Assembly: GCA_963790305.1 (NCBI GenBank)
Contig: CAWBOC010000007.1
Coordinates: 192,001 to 256,000 of the forward strand
Reading direction: 5' to 3'
Source: an uncultured Gemmatimonadaceae bacterium
Lineage (GTDB): Bacteria; Gemmatimonadota; Gemmatimonadetes; Gemmatimonadales; Gemmatimonadaceae
Length of the DNA: 64,000 nucleotides
Shown here piece by piece: positions 48,827-58,368 of the stretch (positions within the stretch are counted from its first letter, which is position 1; each line of letters begins with the position of its first letter). Below the pieces are notes generated by a model. The model made no database searches. It saw nothing but the letters and a program-made list of their open reading frames with translations, and was not told the DNA's origin. Both the position numbers and the translations under genes were made by a program.

Positions 48827-49629
48827 TCATGAACCGTTTCGTTTCCGCCTCGCTCATCCTCGCCTTCGCGGCTCCGGCGCTCGTCGCACAGGAACAGCAG
48901 GCCCGAGACTTTCGTTGGGAGGGCGCCGTCGCGTCCGGCAAGTGGGTCAAGCTTCAGAACATCAACGGCAATGTCGAGGTCGTGCCGGCGTCAGGCAGCC
49001 GTGTGGAGATCACCGCCATCAAGCGCAACCGGCGCGGTGACACGGACGACGTCCGCATCGAGGTGAAGCGCTACGGCACGAACGAGGAGAACGTGTTCGT
49101 CTGCGCGATCTGGGGCGAGGCGACCTGCGACGAGAATGGCTATCACTCGCCAAAGCGCCGCAATCGCGATCGCGATGACGACAACGATACCGAGGTCGAG
49201 TTCACCGTGCGCGTCCCGCGCGGGGTGAACGTGGATGTCGGCACCGTCAACGGCAGCGTCGACGTTCGTGGCGCCACCGGTGAAGTGCACGCCTCGTCGG
49301 TCAACGGCGGGGTCGAGGCGATCTCCGACGGCGGTCCGGTGCATGCCTCGACGGTGAACGGCAGCATTCGCGCGAGCATGCGCGACCTCGGCGACGGCGA
49401 TCTCGAGTTCTCGACCGTGAACGGATCAATCACGGTGGAGCTGCCGGAGAACCTCAACGCCGACCTTCGGATGACCACGGTGAACGGCACGCTCCACTCG
49501 CGTGACTACCCGCTCACCGTCACCGGCCGCTTCAACCCGCAGAACATGCGCGCGACCATCGGCAAGGGCGGCACGCGCCTGTCGTTCTCGACGGTGAATG
49601 GGAACGTGGAGATTCGGAAGCGCGTCTAG
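48823..49629 (+). CDS. DUF4097 beta-strand-repeat protein
   Basis: Signal peptide, repeated TVNG units. Confidence 0.85.
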   Translation: MIMNRFVSASLILAFAAPALVAQEQQARDFRWEGAVASGKWVKLQNINGNVEVVPASGSRVEITAIKRNRRGDTDDVRIEVKRYGTNEENVFVCAIWGEATCDENGYHSPKRRNRDRDDDNDTEVEFTVRVPRGVNVDVGTVNGSVDVRGATGEVHASSVNGGVEAISDGGPVHASTVNGSIRASMRDLGDGDLEFSTVNGSITVELPENLNADLRMTTVNGTLHSRDYPLTVTGRFNPQNMRATIGKGGTRLSFSTVNGNVEIRKRV

Positions 49630-49631
49630 GA

Positions 49632-49722
49632 CTAGAGGCGCTGGACGCGCTAGAGGCGCTAGAGGCGCTGAAGGGGTTAGCCCCCTCAGCGCCTCTAGCG
49701 CCTCTAGCGCATCTAGCGCCTC
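49632..49722. repeat. Family B inverted tandem 9-mer element between convergent genes
   Basis: ctagaggcgctggacgcgctagaggcgctagaggcgctga...tcagcgcctctagcgcctctagcgcatctagcgcctc. Confidence 0.9.
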
Positions 49723-50041
49723 AGATCTCCAGCGTCTCGCTCACCCTCACCGTCGCCACAACCTGCCCGGACGAGCTGCTCACCGGGCGAAAGTCGCGAC
49801 GCGGCTCGAAACGCTCCGGAAGAAGCTCGAACGTCTCGATTCGAGCGACCTCGAAGCTCTTCCACCCGTGCTCCGAGTCGGTCTCGGTATACCCCCGAAC
49901 CTGGTAGGCGTCGAGGATCTCCGTCCCATCCGGCTTCCGAACGATCGCGTGCGGCTGCACCGTGCGTGGTCCCCCGGACACGTAGGTCATCAACACCACC
50001 TGCCGTTCCTCCAACGCGCGCACAATGTCATTGCGATCCAT
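49721..50041 (-). CDS. Stand-alone WYL-like domain protein
   Basis: AGAGAGGGA RBS; Y..GGPRTVQPH...L.AYQV......GWKSF.VARI. Confidence 0.7.
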   Translation of the reverse strand: MDRNDIVRALEERQVVLMTYVSGGPRTVQPHAIVRKPDGTEILDAYQVRGYTETDSEHGWKSFEVARIETFELLPERFEPRRDFRPVSSSSGQVVATVRVSETLEI

Positions 50042-50086
50042 GTCCCTCTCTTGGTGATGTGCGTCACAATCATACGCAATTCTCGT

Positions 50087-51148
50087 TCATTTTGTAGGAG
50101 ACATTTCCCGAAGGCTCATCCCACCACGGCGACGGGAGCCCGATCGCCGCGTCGCGACCAGCTCGGCCACCACGCTGATGGCGATCTCCTCGGGGGTATC
50201 AGCCCCGATCGAGAGACCAACAGGGGCATGGATCTGGTCAAGCCGGGCACGCGATATCCCCTGCTCCTCCAACAGCTTCCAGGTCAACGCCACCTTCCGT
50301 CGGCTCCCGAGCATCCCGAGGTAACGGGTGTCGATCCGCGCCAGCTGCTCGACCACCACCGCGTCGTGCTGATGACCGCGAGTCGCCACCACGACGTAGG
50401 TGTCGGCACCGATCCCGAGCTCTGGCGGCAGATCGTGATAGACGCAGGCGACGGTCGCCTCCGCAGCCGGGTGTCGCGCCGGGTCGGCGAAGTCCGCCCG
50501 ATCGTCTACGACCGTCACCCTCCACCCCGCGAACGCCGCCGCCTGGGCAACCTTGGCGCCGACATGCCCGCCCCCAAAGACCACGAGCCTGGGCTTGCCG
50601 ACAACCGGCTCGGCGAGGACCTCCCCCGCGAGCGCCGGTAGCTCCGAGCGCCGATCGAAGGAGCCGGCCACGCCGTGCATCGCTGGGGACGCGCTGCCAA
50701 TGACGAGGCCCCCATCGAATAGCGCCTTGTGTGGTCCCTTCTCCCAGTTCGCGTCGGTCAACAACACGGCGCGCTCATCCTTGGCGAGCGCCTCGATGCA
50801 CGCGTAGTAGACGCCCGCGAGCCCCTCGTTGGGGTAGACCGGCTCGATGAACATCACCGCCGTACCGCCACAGCTGAGGCCGTAATCCCCCGCGAGCTCC
50901 GAGTTGAGCGTGTGCTCGCTGATCCTTGGCCGGCGCGTTGCCGCTACCTCGAGCGCGCGTTCGGTGATCTCTGCTTCCAGACATCCCCCACCCACCGTAC
51001 CCAGTCGAACGCCTAGGGGAGTGACGAGCATCTTCGCCGTCGCACTCATGGGAAGGGAGCCATGGCGCCGCGCGACGGTGGCGAGCGCACCCTCGCCGCT
51101 GCCGGCGGAGAGACGTGCGCACTCGGCGAGGATGGATGGGTCGGCCAT
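50087..51148 (-). CDS. xdhC: XdhC/CoxI family molybdoenzyme maturation factor
   Basis: GTVGGGCLE, CGG, FGGGHV, ATRGHQHD, YLGMLGSRRK, IGADTPEEIAIS. Confidence 0.9.
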   Translation of the reverse strand: MADPSILAECARLSAGSGEGALATVARRHGSLPMSATAKMLVTPLGVRLGTVGGGCLEAEITERALEVAATRRPRISEHTLNSELAGDYGLSCGGTAVMFIEPVYPNEGLAGVYYACIEALAKDERAVLLTDANWEKGPHKALFDGGLVIGSASPAMHGVAGSFDRRSELPALAGEVLAEPVVGKPRLVVFGGGHVGAKVAQAAAFAGWRVTVVDDRADFADPARHPAAEATVACVYHDLPPELGIGADTYVVVATRGHQHDAVVVEQLARIDTRYLGMLGSRRKVALTWKLLEEQGISRARLDQIHAPVGLSIGADTPEEIAISVVAELVATRRSGSRRRGGMSLREMSPTK

Positions 51149-51254
51149 GCAAAGCAGGTTATGTGAGGAACACCGAGGGCGACAGGGGCGCTCTGGCGCC
51201 ACGAAGCTGGGCTCCCGTATTATGTGACTCCCAGCTGCTCCCGGGGCGGGAAGC

Positions 51255-54200
51255 GTGCACGACGCGGTCACGCACTCTCACGCACCATTCGCCGGTCGAT
51301 ACGCGATCGAGCGAGAGCTCGGCCGCGGTGGTATGGCCACCGTGTACCGCGCCCGCGACATGCGCTACGACCGCGCGGTCGCCCTCAAGGTCCTTCATCA
51401 GGAGCTCGGCGCCTCGAAAGGGGGCGAACGGTTCGCGCGAGAGATTCGCGTCCTCGCCGGGTTGCATCACCCGCACATCCTGCCGCTCTTCGATTCCGGC
51501 GAGTACGAAGGCGCCATTTTTTACGTCGTCCCCTGCATCGAAGGCGAATCGCTGCGACGCCGCCTCGAGCGCGAGCGTCAGCTCCCGCTCGAGGAAGCGC
51601 TGCGTATTACGCGTGAGGTCGCTGATGCGCTCGACCATGCGCACCGCCACGGGGTCATCCACCGCGACATCAAGCCGGAGAACATCCTGCTCGAGGAAGA
51701 CCACGCGATCGTGGCTGACTTCGGCGTTGCACGCGCGGTCACGCGAGCGGCAGGCGAGTCGCAGACGACCGCGGGAATGGTGGTGGGAACGCCCGCGTAC
51801 ATGTCGCCAGAGCAGGCGAGCGGCGACCACGATCTCGACGGGCGCAGCGATCAGTATTCACTGGCGTGCGTGCTGTACGAGATGCTCGCCGGCAGCCCTC
51901 CCTTCTCCGGCGCGACGCCGCGCGAGACGATCGCGCGACGGTTCACCGAGCCGCCGCCATCACTCCGCGGCGAGCGGGATGTTCCCGAGGCGCTCGATCG
52001 CGCGATCCGTCGTGCACTGTCGCCGGTACCGGCGGATCGCTTCCCCGAGGTGCATGCGTTCGCGAAAGCGCTGCAGGCGGCGGAATCCCCGGCGCGGCCG
52101 GCTCGGAGGGCCATGACGTTAGGCATTCCGGCCGTGGCCGCGATCGCGCTGGCACTGGTGATCTGGTGGCCCCGGGGCGGCGGCGCAGACACCGTCGACC
52201 CTGGGCTCCACGCCGTCATCCCATTCGATGTCGAAGGCACGGTGCCAGGCGGCCTCGACGGTGCAGCGGCGGCCCGTCATTTGGGGCGGGCCCTCGGATT
52301 CTGGCGAGACATGCGTCTCGTGGACGGTTTGCGCACGAGCGATGCCGTTGCACAGCATGGCGCAATACGCACCTTGAGCGATGCGCTGGCGGTCGCCCGT
52401 GCGCTGGGGGCGGGGCATCTCCTGTGGGGCGACATCTGGAACCGCGGAGACACCGTCGAGGTCCGCGCGACCGTATACGATGTTCGCACCGGACGCGAGC
52501 AACGCAGCGCCTCCGTCGCCATGGGCGCGGACGTTTCCGGCATCGCCGCCGCGTTCGAGGCGTTGAGCGATTCACTCGCCCTGGGAAAGCTGCGAGACCG
52601 CACCGCCGCTCCCGCGGCGCGAAGCACGCGATTGCGCGAGGCATTCGTGTACTACGAAGCCGGGCACGACGCGCTCGCAGAGTGGGATCTCGTTAGGGCG
52701 GAGCGCGAGTTTCGCCGCGCGTCGGAGCTCGATCCAGATTTCGCGCAGGCTGCGCTCTGGGCGGCGCAGTCGATGGCCCTCCGCGGCGCAGAACCGGGGG
52801 AGTGGCGAACCACGGCGGCACGCGCCGTTGCGCGACGGGCCGTGCTGGCGCCGCGCGAGGCGCTCCAGGCCGCCGGTCTGCTCGCGTTGGCCGAGCATCG
52901 CTTCCCGGCCGCCTGCGACCAATATCGATCGATGCTGGCGCGCGACTCACTGGACTTCACCGCCTGGCATGGTCTCGCCAACTGCCAGGCGCGCGATCCG
53001 GTGGTGGAGCGCGATGCGCAGTCGCCAAGCGGCTGGCGGTTTCGGAGCAGTCTGCATGCCGGACTGGAAGCGTATCTCCGTGCCATGGAGATTCTCCCCT
53101 CGTTTCACCGCGCCGCCACGCAGTTGTCTCCGCTGTCGACCGATCTCTTCCCGGTGGAGGAGACGAGCGTCCGCACCGGCCATGCAGTGACGCCGGACAG
53201 CCAGCGGTTCGCGTCGGGCGCCGGACTCGAAGGCGATACGCTCGCGTTCATCCCGTTTCCGATGGCCGATCTCCTCGCCGGTACGCATGATCCCTGGCCG
53301 GCGACCCACGCAGCCGCGGTGGCGTGGGCGCGGGACCGGCTGCGTCGCATCGCGGAAAGCTGGGTTCGCGCATTTCCAGGCAGCGGACCTGCGCGCGAGG
53401 TTCACGCAGCCGCCCTGGAGGTCGGTGGAGATCTCCAGCGAGCGCTGACCGAGGCACGCCAGGCGCGAGCGTTCACGTCCGACGTCATTGGGCGGACGCG
53501 CGTTGCGCATGTCGAAGTGCGGCTGCTCGTAAAGCGCGGCGAGTACGAGGCTGCTCGCCAGGTCGCCGACTCCGTGCTCTCTGCCCGATCCGACCCGAGG
53601 CAGGCCGAGGTGCACGCGCTGGCCGGCCTCGCTGCCTTGACCGGTCGCGTGCATCGCACGCGGGCGCTGCTCGAAGCCCACGCCGACGACACGACGTTTG
53701 CTTTCTGGTATGAGGGCGAGCGTGTAATCGCGCCCCGCCCTGTCGCGCGGGCCGCGCTCGCCTTGCTCGCGTACGCGTCCTTCCCCGAGCCGCGCGATAG
53801 CGCCATCGCGCTCGCTCGACGCGTGCGTCAGCTCATCGACATGTGGGTTCCCGCGGGGCGACGCGAGCGCGTGCGCGCCGCGACGATGCTGCATCCCGTG
53901 ACATTCGGGCTGTGGCGCATCGAGCCCCGCTCTGTCCTGTCCATCAAGGCACCCGGTGAGCTGCACCGACTGCAACGCGCGCTCGCCGTGCGCGACACGG
54001 CCGCCGTTCGCGCGGCGGGACGGAGGCTTGCGGCAACCACGCCTGATGAGAGGCGTGGGGACGTGGATGTCGTGTACCAACAGGCGCTCGTCTTTCTGGC
54101 CGCCGGTGATACCACGACAGCAACCCTTCTCCTCGACAATGTGCTCCGAGATCTGCCGATGAGCCCGGGCTGGCTATTGGAGGATGTGCATCGCGCCGCG

Positions 54201-54365
54201 GCAATTCCGTCGGCGATGGTGACGCGAGCCCTGCTCGCGGCACGAGCAGGCGACACGACGACGGCTCGACCAGTGGCCCGCGCGGCGCTGGTGTTATGGA
54301 GGAATAGTGATCCGGAGCTGCGACCGGCCTTCCACGCTCTTCCAGCGATCGCAGCGCCGCAGTAG
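51255..54365 (+). CDS. Hanks-type Ser/Thr protein kinase with TM helix and TPR-like extracytoplasmic region
   Basis: LGRGGMATVY, ALK, HRDIKPEN, DFG, GTPAYMSPE. Confidence 0.92.
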   Translation: MHDAVTHSHAPFAGRYAIERELGRGGMATVYRARDMRYDRAVALKVLHQELGASKGGERFAREIRVLAGLHHPHILPLFDSGEYEGAIFYVVPCIEGESLRRRLERERQLPLEEALRITREVADALDHAHRHGVIHRDIKPENILLEEDHAIVADFGVARAVTRAAGESQTTAGMVVGTPAYMSPEQASGDHDLDGRSDQYSLACVLYEMLAGSPPFSGATPRETIARRFTEPPPSLRGERDVPEALDRAIRRALSPVPADRFPEVHAFAKALQAAESPARPARRAMTLGIPAVAAIALALVIWWPRGGGADTVDPGLHAVIPFDVEGTVPGGLDGAAAARHLGRALGFWRDMRLVDGLRTSDAVAQHGAIRTLSDALAVARALGAGHLLWGDIWNRGDTVEVRATVYDVRTGREQRSASVAMGADVSGIAAAFEALSDSLALGKLRDRTAAPAARSTRLREAFVYYEAGHDALAEWDLVRAEREFRRASELDPDFAQAALWAAQSMALRGAEPGEWRTTAARAVARRAVLAPREALQAAGLLALAEHRFPAACDQYRSMLARDSLDFTAWHGLANCQARDPVVERDAQSPSGWRFRSSLHAGLEAYLRAMEILPSFHRAATQLSPLSTDLFPVEETSVRTGHAVTPDSQRFASGAGLEGDTLAFIPFPMADLLAGTHDPWPATHAAAVAWARDRLRRIAESWVRAFPGSGPAREVHAAALEVGGDLQRALTEARQARAFTSDVIGRTRVAHVEVRLLVKRGEYEAARQVADSVLSARSDPRQAEVHALAGLAALTGRVHRTRALLEAHADDTTFAFWYEGERVIAPRPVARAALALLAYASFPEPRDSAIALARRVRQLIDMWVPAGRRERVRAATMLHPVTFGLWRIEPRSVLSIKAPGELHRLQRALAVRDTAAVRAAGRRLAATTPDERRGDVDVVYQQALVFLAAGDTTTATLLLDNVLRDLPMSPGWLLEDVHRAAAIPSAMVTRALLAARAGDTTTARPVARAALVLWRNSDPELRPAFHALPAIAAPQ

Positions 54366-54417
54366 CGATTCGAAGGGACCTGTCCCACCTCACAACGGTC
54401 TTCGACGAGGAGGTTTT

Positions 54418-55005
54418 GTGCCCTGCATCGCCGCACCTGTCGCACTACGCCGGAGTCTTGCCAGCCTGATTGGGACTGTTCTCGCGATCGGGGTCCATGG
54501 GTGCGGAGGAGAGTCGGCTCTGATGATCGCTGCCAGCGCGTGCGCGCCGCCCGCCGGGATCGCGGCCAGCTCCCGGAGCAGTCTCGTGGACTGGGCAGAC
54601 GGGATATCGTACGCGTCGGGCGATACGGCGCTCGCCTACGTGTACGGTTTCTCGGCGAGCGACTCGGTGATCATCCAGGCAGTCGATAGTGCGGACGCTG
54701 GTACACCGGCCGGATGCATCATGGCGCGACTGACGAGCGGGGTAGCGCGGCCGGCGTCGGGCATCGGCGCTGGAAGAACCTACGTCTGGATCGACAGCAT
54801 AACGAGTGGATACCGAGCGGTGCTGATCCCCGAGGATAGCTCGGTCGCGATGACCGTCCACCCGCTCACCGTACACTCGCACCTTCCCGGAGACCCTCCG
54901 CCGCCCACCATCGGTACGTTGGGTTTTTGCGGATATTGCGATTACACCGCGAAGCGGTGGTGTCGCGGCGGTCTGGATAGCGTCTCGACGACGGAGCTGC
55001 GCTAG
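54418..55005 (+). CDS. Hypothetical exported protein
   Basis: GGAGG before GTG 54418; hydrophobic N-terminus; Cys-rich end CGYC...WC. Confidence 0.55.
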   Translation: MPCIAAPVALRRSLASLIGTVLAIGVHGCGGESALMIAASACAPPAGIAASSRSSLVDWADGISYASGDTALAYVYGFSASDSVIIQAVDSADAGTPAGCIMARLTSGVARPASGIGAGRTYVWIDSITSGYRAVLIPEDSSVAMTVHPLTVHSHLPGDPPPPTIGTLGFCGYCDYTAKRWCRGGLDSVSTTELR

Positions 55006-55070
55006 CTCGTTGAGGCCCTGGCAAGCGCGTTAAGCATGTCACTGAGGCTGCAAATTGGTGCGTCTTGCAT

Positions 55071-55089
55071 CTTCGGTATATGTTCGGTA
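55071..55089 (+). promoter_or_regulatory. Candidate operator CTTCGGTATATGTTCGGTA (putative SOS box)
   Basis: 17/19 identical to 57651-57669; immediately follows a TTGCAT hexamer and runs into AT-rich TATAAG. Confidence 0.6.
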
Positions 55090-55115
55090 TATAAGTTGCC
55101 CCGCTTCTTTCTCCC

Positions 55116-56203
55116 ATGACTTTCGCCCAGACCCCTCTCTTCTCGGCCGCCTACGAGCGCTCCTCCCGCCAGCTCCCCGTCCTTGGCGAGCAGCGAGACA
55201 TCGCCTACGTGGGCACGCGGGCGAAGAACGTCCTCAACGGTCCGGAAGTCACGAAGATGGGGTACTGGTCGATCAACCCCTACATCGGCTGCGCGTTCGG
55301 GTGCACCTACTGCTACGCCCGGTACGCGCACCGCTACGTGATGGAGCGCTCCGTCACCGCCAATGTGCTGACGGAGGACGTTAGGCAGTCCGCCGCCGCC
55401 ATGCCCGCCGTGGCTCGCCTTCGAGCGGCGGATCTTCGTCAAGCAGAACGCCGCCGAGGTGCTCGCGCGTACGCTGCGGCACGGGAGCGACAAGCATCTG
55501 CGGCTGCATCCAGGGCGAGACGATCCTCATCGGCACTGCGACGGATCCGTATCAACCCGCCGAACGTCGCTATCGCGTGACGCGCGGTATCCTGGAGGTG
55601 CTCGCCGAGCATCCAGGGCTGGACATCGTCATCATCTCGAAGAGTCCGCTCGTCACTCGCGACGTCGACCTGCTGCGTCGCATCGCGCGTCACTCGTCGC
55701 TCTCGGTCCATCTCTCGCTGATCACGCTCGATCGCGCGCTCGCGCGCCGCATCGAGCCGCGGGCACCGACGCCCGAGGCGCGGCTGCGCGCGCTCGTGCG
55801 GCTTCGTGAGTCGGGCATCGACGCCGGGATCAACTGCATGCCAGTGCTCCCCGGCATCACCGACGATCCGCGTGGCCTCGAGGCGCTGGTGAAACGGGCA
55901 GCAGAGCTGGGCGCGACCTTCGTGAGCGTCTCGTCGCTCCGGCTTCGGAAGACGGCGCAGCAGCGCTACTTCCCATTCATTGAGCGGGAGTTTCCGCATC
56001 TGGCCGCGCACTATCGCAAGGCCTACGCGACGACCTGGCATCTGAGCGACCGCTATCGCGAGTCGTTAGGGAAATTCTTCGACAAGCTGTGCCGGAAGTA
56101 CGGGGTTGAGGGTGGAATGGGGCGGAGCGATGCGGAGGAGGAGGGGGGAGCGGAGCGGACGGAGCTTCCGGCGCAGCTGGGGTTGTGGGAGGAGGGAGGC
56201 TGA
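55116..56203 (+). CDS. Radical SAM protein, SplB/Rv2578c-like; two single-base frameshifts (~55404, ~55507)
   Basis: SINPYIGCAFGCTYCYAR, FERRIFVK, IGTATDPYQPAE, ISKSPLVTRDVD, PVLPGITD spread over three frames. Confidence 0.88.
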
Positions 56204-56293
56204 AGTGATCCAGGTTGTCGAGGTCGTCGAGGTTATCGAGGAACAAACCATTCACCTCGACTACCTCGATTACTTCGACGACCTGGATCACCT
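56202..56293. repeat. Family A inverted tandem 9-mer element
   Basis: gtgatccaggttgtcgaggtcgtcgaggttatcgagg...cctcgactacctcgattacttcgacgacctggatcacc. Confidence 0.9.
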
Positions 56294-56325
56294 GGGTGGG
56301 ATGACCTTGGGGCGGAGGTGGGGAG

Positions 56326-57594
56326 ATGCTGACGCTAGAGCAGAAGCTCGACATTCTGATGACGCTCGCGACCGACGATCAGGACGGTCCACCGGGATCA
56401 CAGACACTGCCGCCGAGGCTGCGGCACACGAAAGAGGTCGGCGCACTGCGGCCGCTCAACATTCGCACCGTGCGTCCAGGGAACGGGATGCGAGTCCCGC
56501 TGCTGCGCATCCTCATGACCAACGCGTGCAGCTACAACTGTCACTACTGCCCCATGCGACGGGATCGAAAGCTCCCGCGCACGCTCCTCAAGCCCGAAGA
56601 GCTCGTTAGGATCTTCCTCGGCGCCCACCGCCGCGGGTGGTGTGAGGGGCTGTTCATCACCACCGGGATTCCCGGACGGCCGGTGAAGGTGATGGATGAT
56701 CTCATCACGGTGCTCGAGCTTCTGCGCGAGCGGCACAGCTTCGCCGGCTACATCCACGTCAAGATGGTGCCGGGCGCCGAAGCCGCGCAGGTGGAACGGC
56801 TCACCTCGCTGGCGAGCCGCGTCTCGCTCAATCTCGAGGCGCCGTGCGGCGCGAGCCTGGCGCAGATCGCGCCCGACAAGAATTTCGACGTCACTGTCGC
56901 CGGCCTCGAGCAGGTGCGCGCGCTGGTGACGCTCGAGCGGGCAGCGCGGCAGGAGGGTAAGCCGCGCGATCCGATTCATCCCGGCGGCACGGCGGGAATG
57001 ACGATGCAGTTCGTCGTCGGCGCGACGCCCGACTCCGATCGCAGCATACTCACCAAGGTCACCGAGCTGTATTCCGGTGGCGGCATTCACCACGCGCACT
57101 TCAGCGCGTTCCGCCCCATCAGCGAGACACCAATGGAGAACGTGCGCGGCACGCCAGCGCTGCGCGAGCACCGGCTCTATCAGGCCGACTGGCTGCTTCG
57201 GCGCTACGGCTTCGAGCGCGGTGAGGTGGTCTACGACGAGGGCGGCAATCTGCCGCTCGGCATCGATCCGAAGGCAGCGTGGGCGTTGCGCAACGTGGAG
57301 CGATTCCCCGTGGAGGTACGCACCGCGTCGTACGACACGCTCCTCCGCGTGCCGGGAATCGGGCCGGGGACGGCGCGCCGCATCGTGGCCGAGCGCGGCA
57401 CGGCGGTGCTGCGCGGCCTCGCCGATCTCCGCAAGCTCGGTGTGCTCACCTCGCGCGCGGCGGGATTCATCACGTTAGGCGGACGCCGGCTGCAGGATGT
57501 GCGATGGAGCGAGCAGCTGGGATTCTGGCAGCCGGAAGAGGAAGCGGGCGCCTATCAGCTCGTCTATGACGTAAGTCCGGGCACGTTCAGGTAG
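56326..57594 (+). CDS. Putative DNA modification/repair radical SAM protein with helix-hairpin-helix (TIGR03916-like)
   Basis: LMTNACSYNCHYC, FAGYIHVK, REHRLYQADWLLRRYGF, LLRVPGIG. Confidence 0.9.
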   Translation: MLTLEQKLDILMTLATDDQDGPPGSQTLPPRLRHTKEVGALRPLNIRTVRPGNGMRVPLLRILMTNACSYNCHYCPMRRDRKLPRTLLKPEELVRIFLGAHRRGWCEGLFITTGIPGRPVKVMDDLITVLELLRERHSFAGYIHVKMVPGAEAAQVERLTSLASRVSLNLEAPCGASLAQIAPDKNFDVTVAGLEQVRALVTLERAARQEGKPRDPIHPGGTAGMTMQFVVGATPDSDRSILTKVTELYSGGGIHHAHFSAFRPISETPMENVRGTPALREHRLYQADWLLRRYGFERGEVVYDEGGNLPLGIDPKAAWALRNVERFPVEVRTASYDTLLRVPGIGPGTARRIVAERGTAVLRGLADLRKLGVLTSRAAGFITLGGRRLQDVRWSEQLGFWQPEEEAGAYQLVYDVSPGTFR

Positions 57595-57609
57595 GGTCCA
57601 GCCAGTCGC

Positions 57610-57638
57610 TTGACTGGCGGTAGCCGATTTGGTAGCAT
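57610..57638 (+). promoter_or_regulatory. Sigma70-type promoter for imuA
   Basis: TTGACT-17bp-TAGCAT. Confidence 0.55.
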
Positions 57639-57650
57639 TCGGCTCCTATA

Positions 57651-57669
57651 CTTCGGTCTTTGTTCGGTA
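57651..57669 (+). promoter_or_regulatory. Candidate operator CTTCGGTCTTTGTTCGGTA (putative SOS box)
   Basis: Same motif as 55071-55089, between promoter and imuA ATG. Confidence 0.6.
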
Positions 57670-57678
57670 CCCTACTTC

Positions 57679-58368
57679 ATGCCCTCTTCCGTCGCCGCCC
57701 TTCGCGCGCTCGTCGAGCAGCGCTTTCCCGATGCGCTTCCCATCACGCATCGGACGACGGCGGTCGCGACCGGCATGGCCGCTCTCGACCACATTCTACC
57801 GAGCGGCGGGCTTCCGCGGGGGCGGCTGTCGGCGTGGGACTCGCAGGGAGGCGCGACGGCCATCCTGCGGGCGGCATGCCTAACGACCGTGCAAGCGGGC
57901 GAGCGCGCCGCCTGGATCGATGGACGCGGCGCAGTGGGCGGTGTCGTGTGGGACGATGGACCCATCCTTCTCCGCCCCAGCAATCTTCCGCAGGCGCTTC
58001 GCTCCGCCGAGGAGCTGCTCCGGTCTGGGGGGTTCGGCCTCATCGTGCTCAGCGGCCTCGAGCCCGCCCGCACCGAGACGGTGCGTCTGACGCGCGCCGT
58101 TCGCGAGGGAGGCGCAGCCTTCGTCACGGTCGCGCGCGAATCCTCGATGGCAAGCCTGCGCCTGACGTCGCGCCTGCTTCCGAACGGCTATCGCTGGCGC
58201 CGCGATCCTTTCGGCGGTCCCGCCGAGGCGCAGGCCGCGGTCATTCGTGTGCACGCGCAGGCGCCGGGCTGGAACGCACACACCGATCTCTCGATCCCGA
58301 TCATCCATCATGAGCTTCGTCTGTCTCTGGACGCCACGCTGGCAGACCGACGCGGCGTCCGCCGCTGA
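57679..58368 (+). CDS. imuA: ImuA-like degenerate RecA-family protein
   Basis: TGMAALDHILPSGGLPRG, AWID, AEELLRSGGFGLIV; no Walker A; position before imuB-dnaE2. Confidence 0.75.
   Translation: MPSSVAALRALVEQRFPDALPITHRTTAVATGMAALDHILPSGGLPRGRLSAWDSQGGATAILRAACLTTVQAGERAAWIDGRGAVGGVVWDDGPILLRPSNLPQALRSAEELLRSGGFGLIVLSGLEPARTETVRLTRAVREGGAAFVTVARESSMASLRLTSRLLPNGYRWRRDPFGGPAEAQAAVIRVHAQAPGWNAHTDLSIPIIHHELRLSLDATLADRRGVRR

Noticed and set aside
46515..49629. ECF sigma / anti-sigma / two DUF4097 genes as novel
   Set aside because: A familiar envelope-stress arrangement; nothing unusual seen
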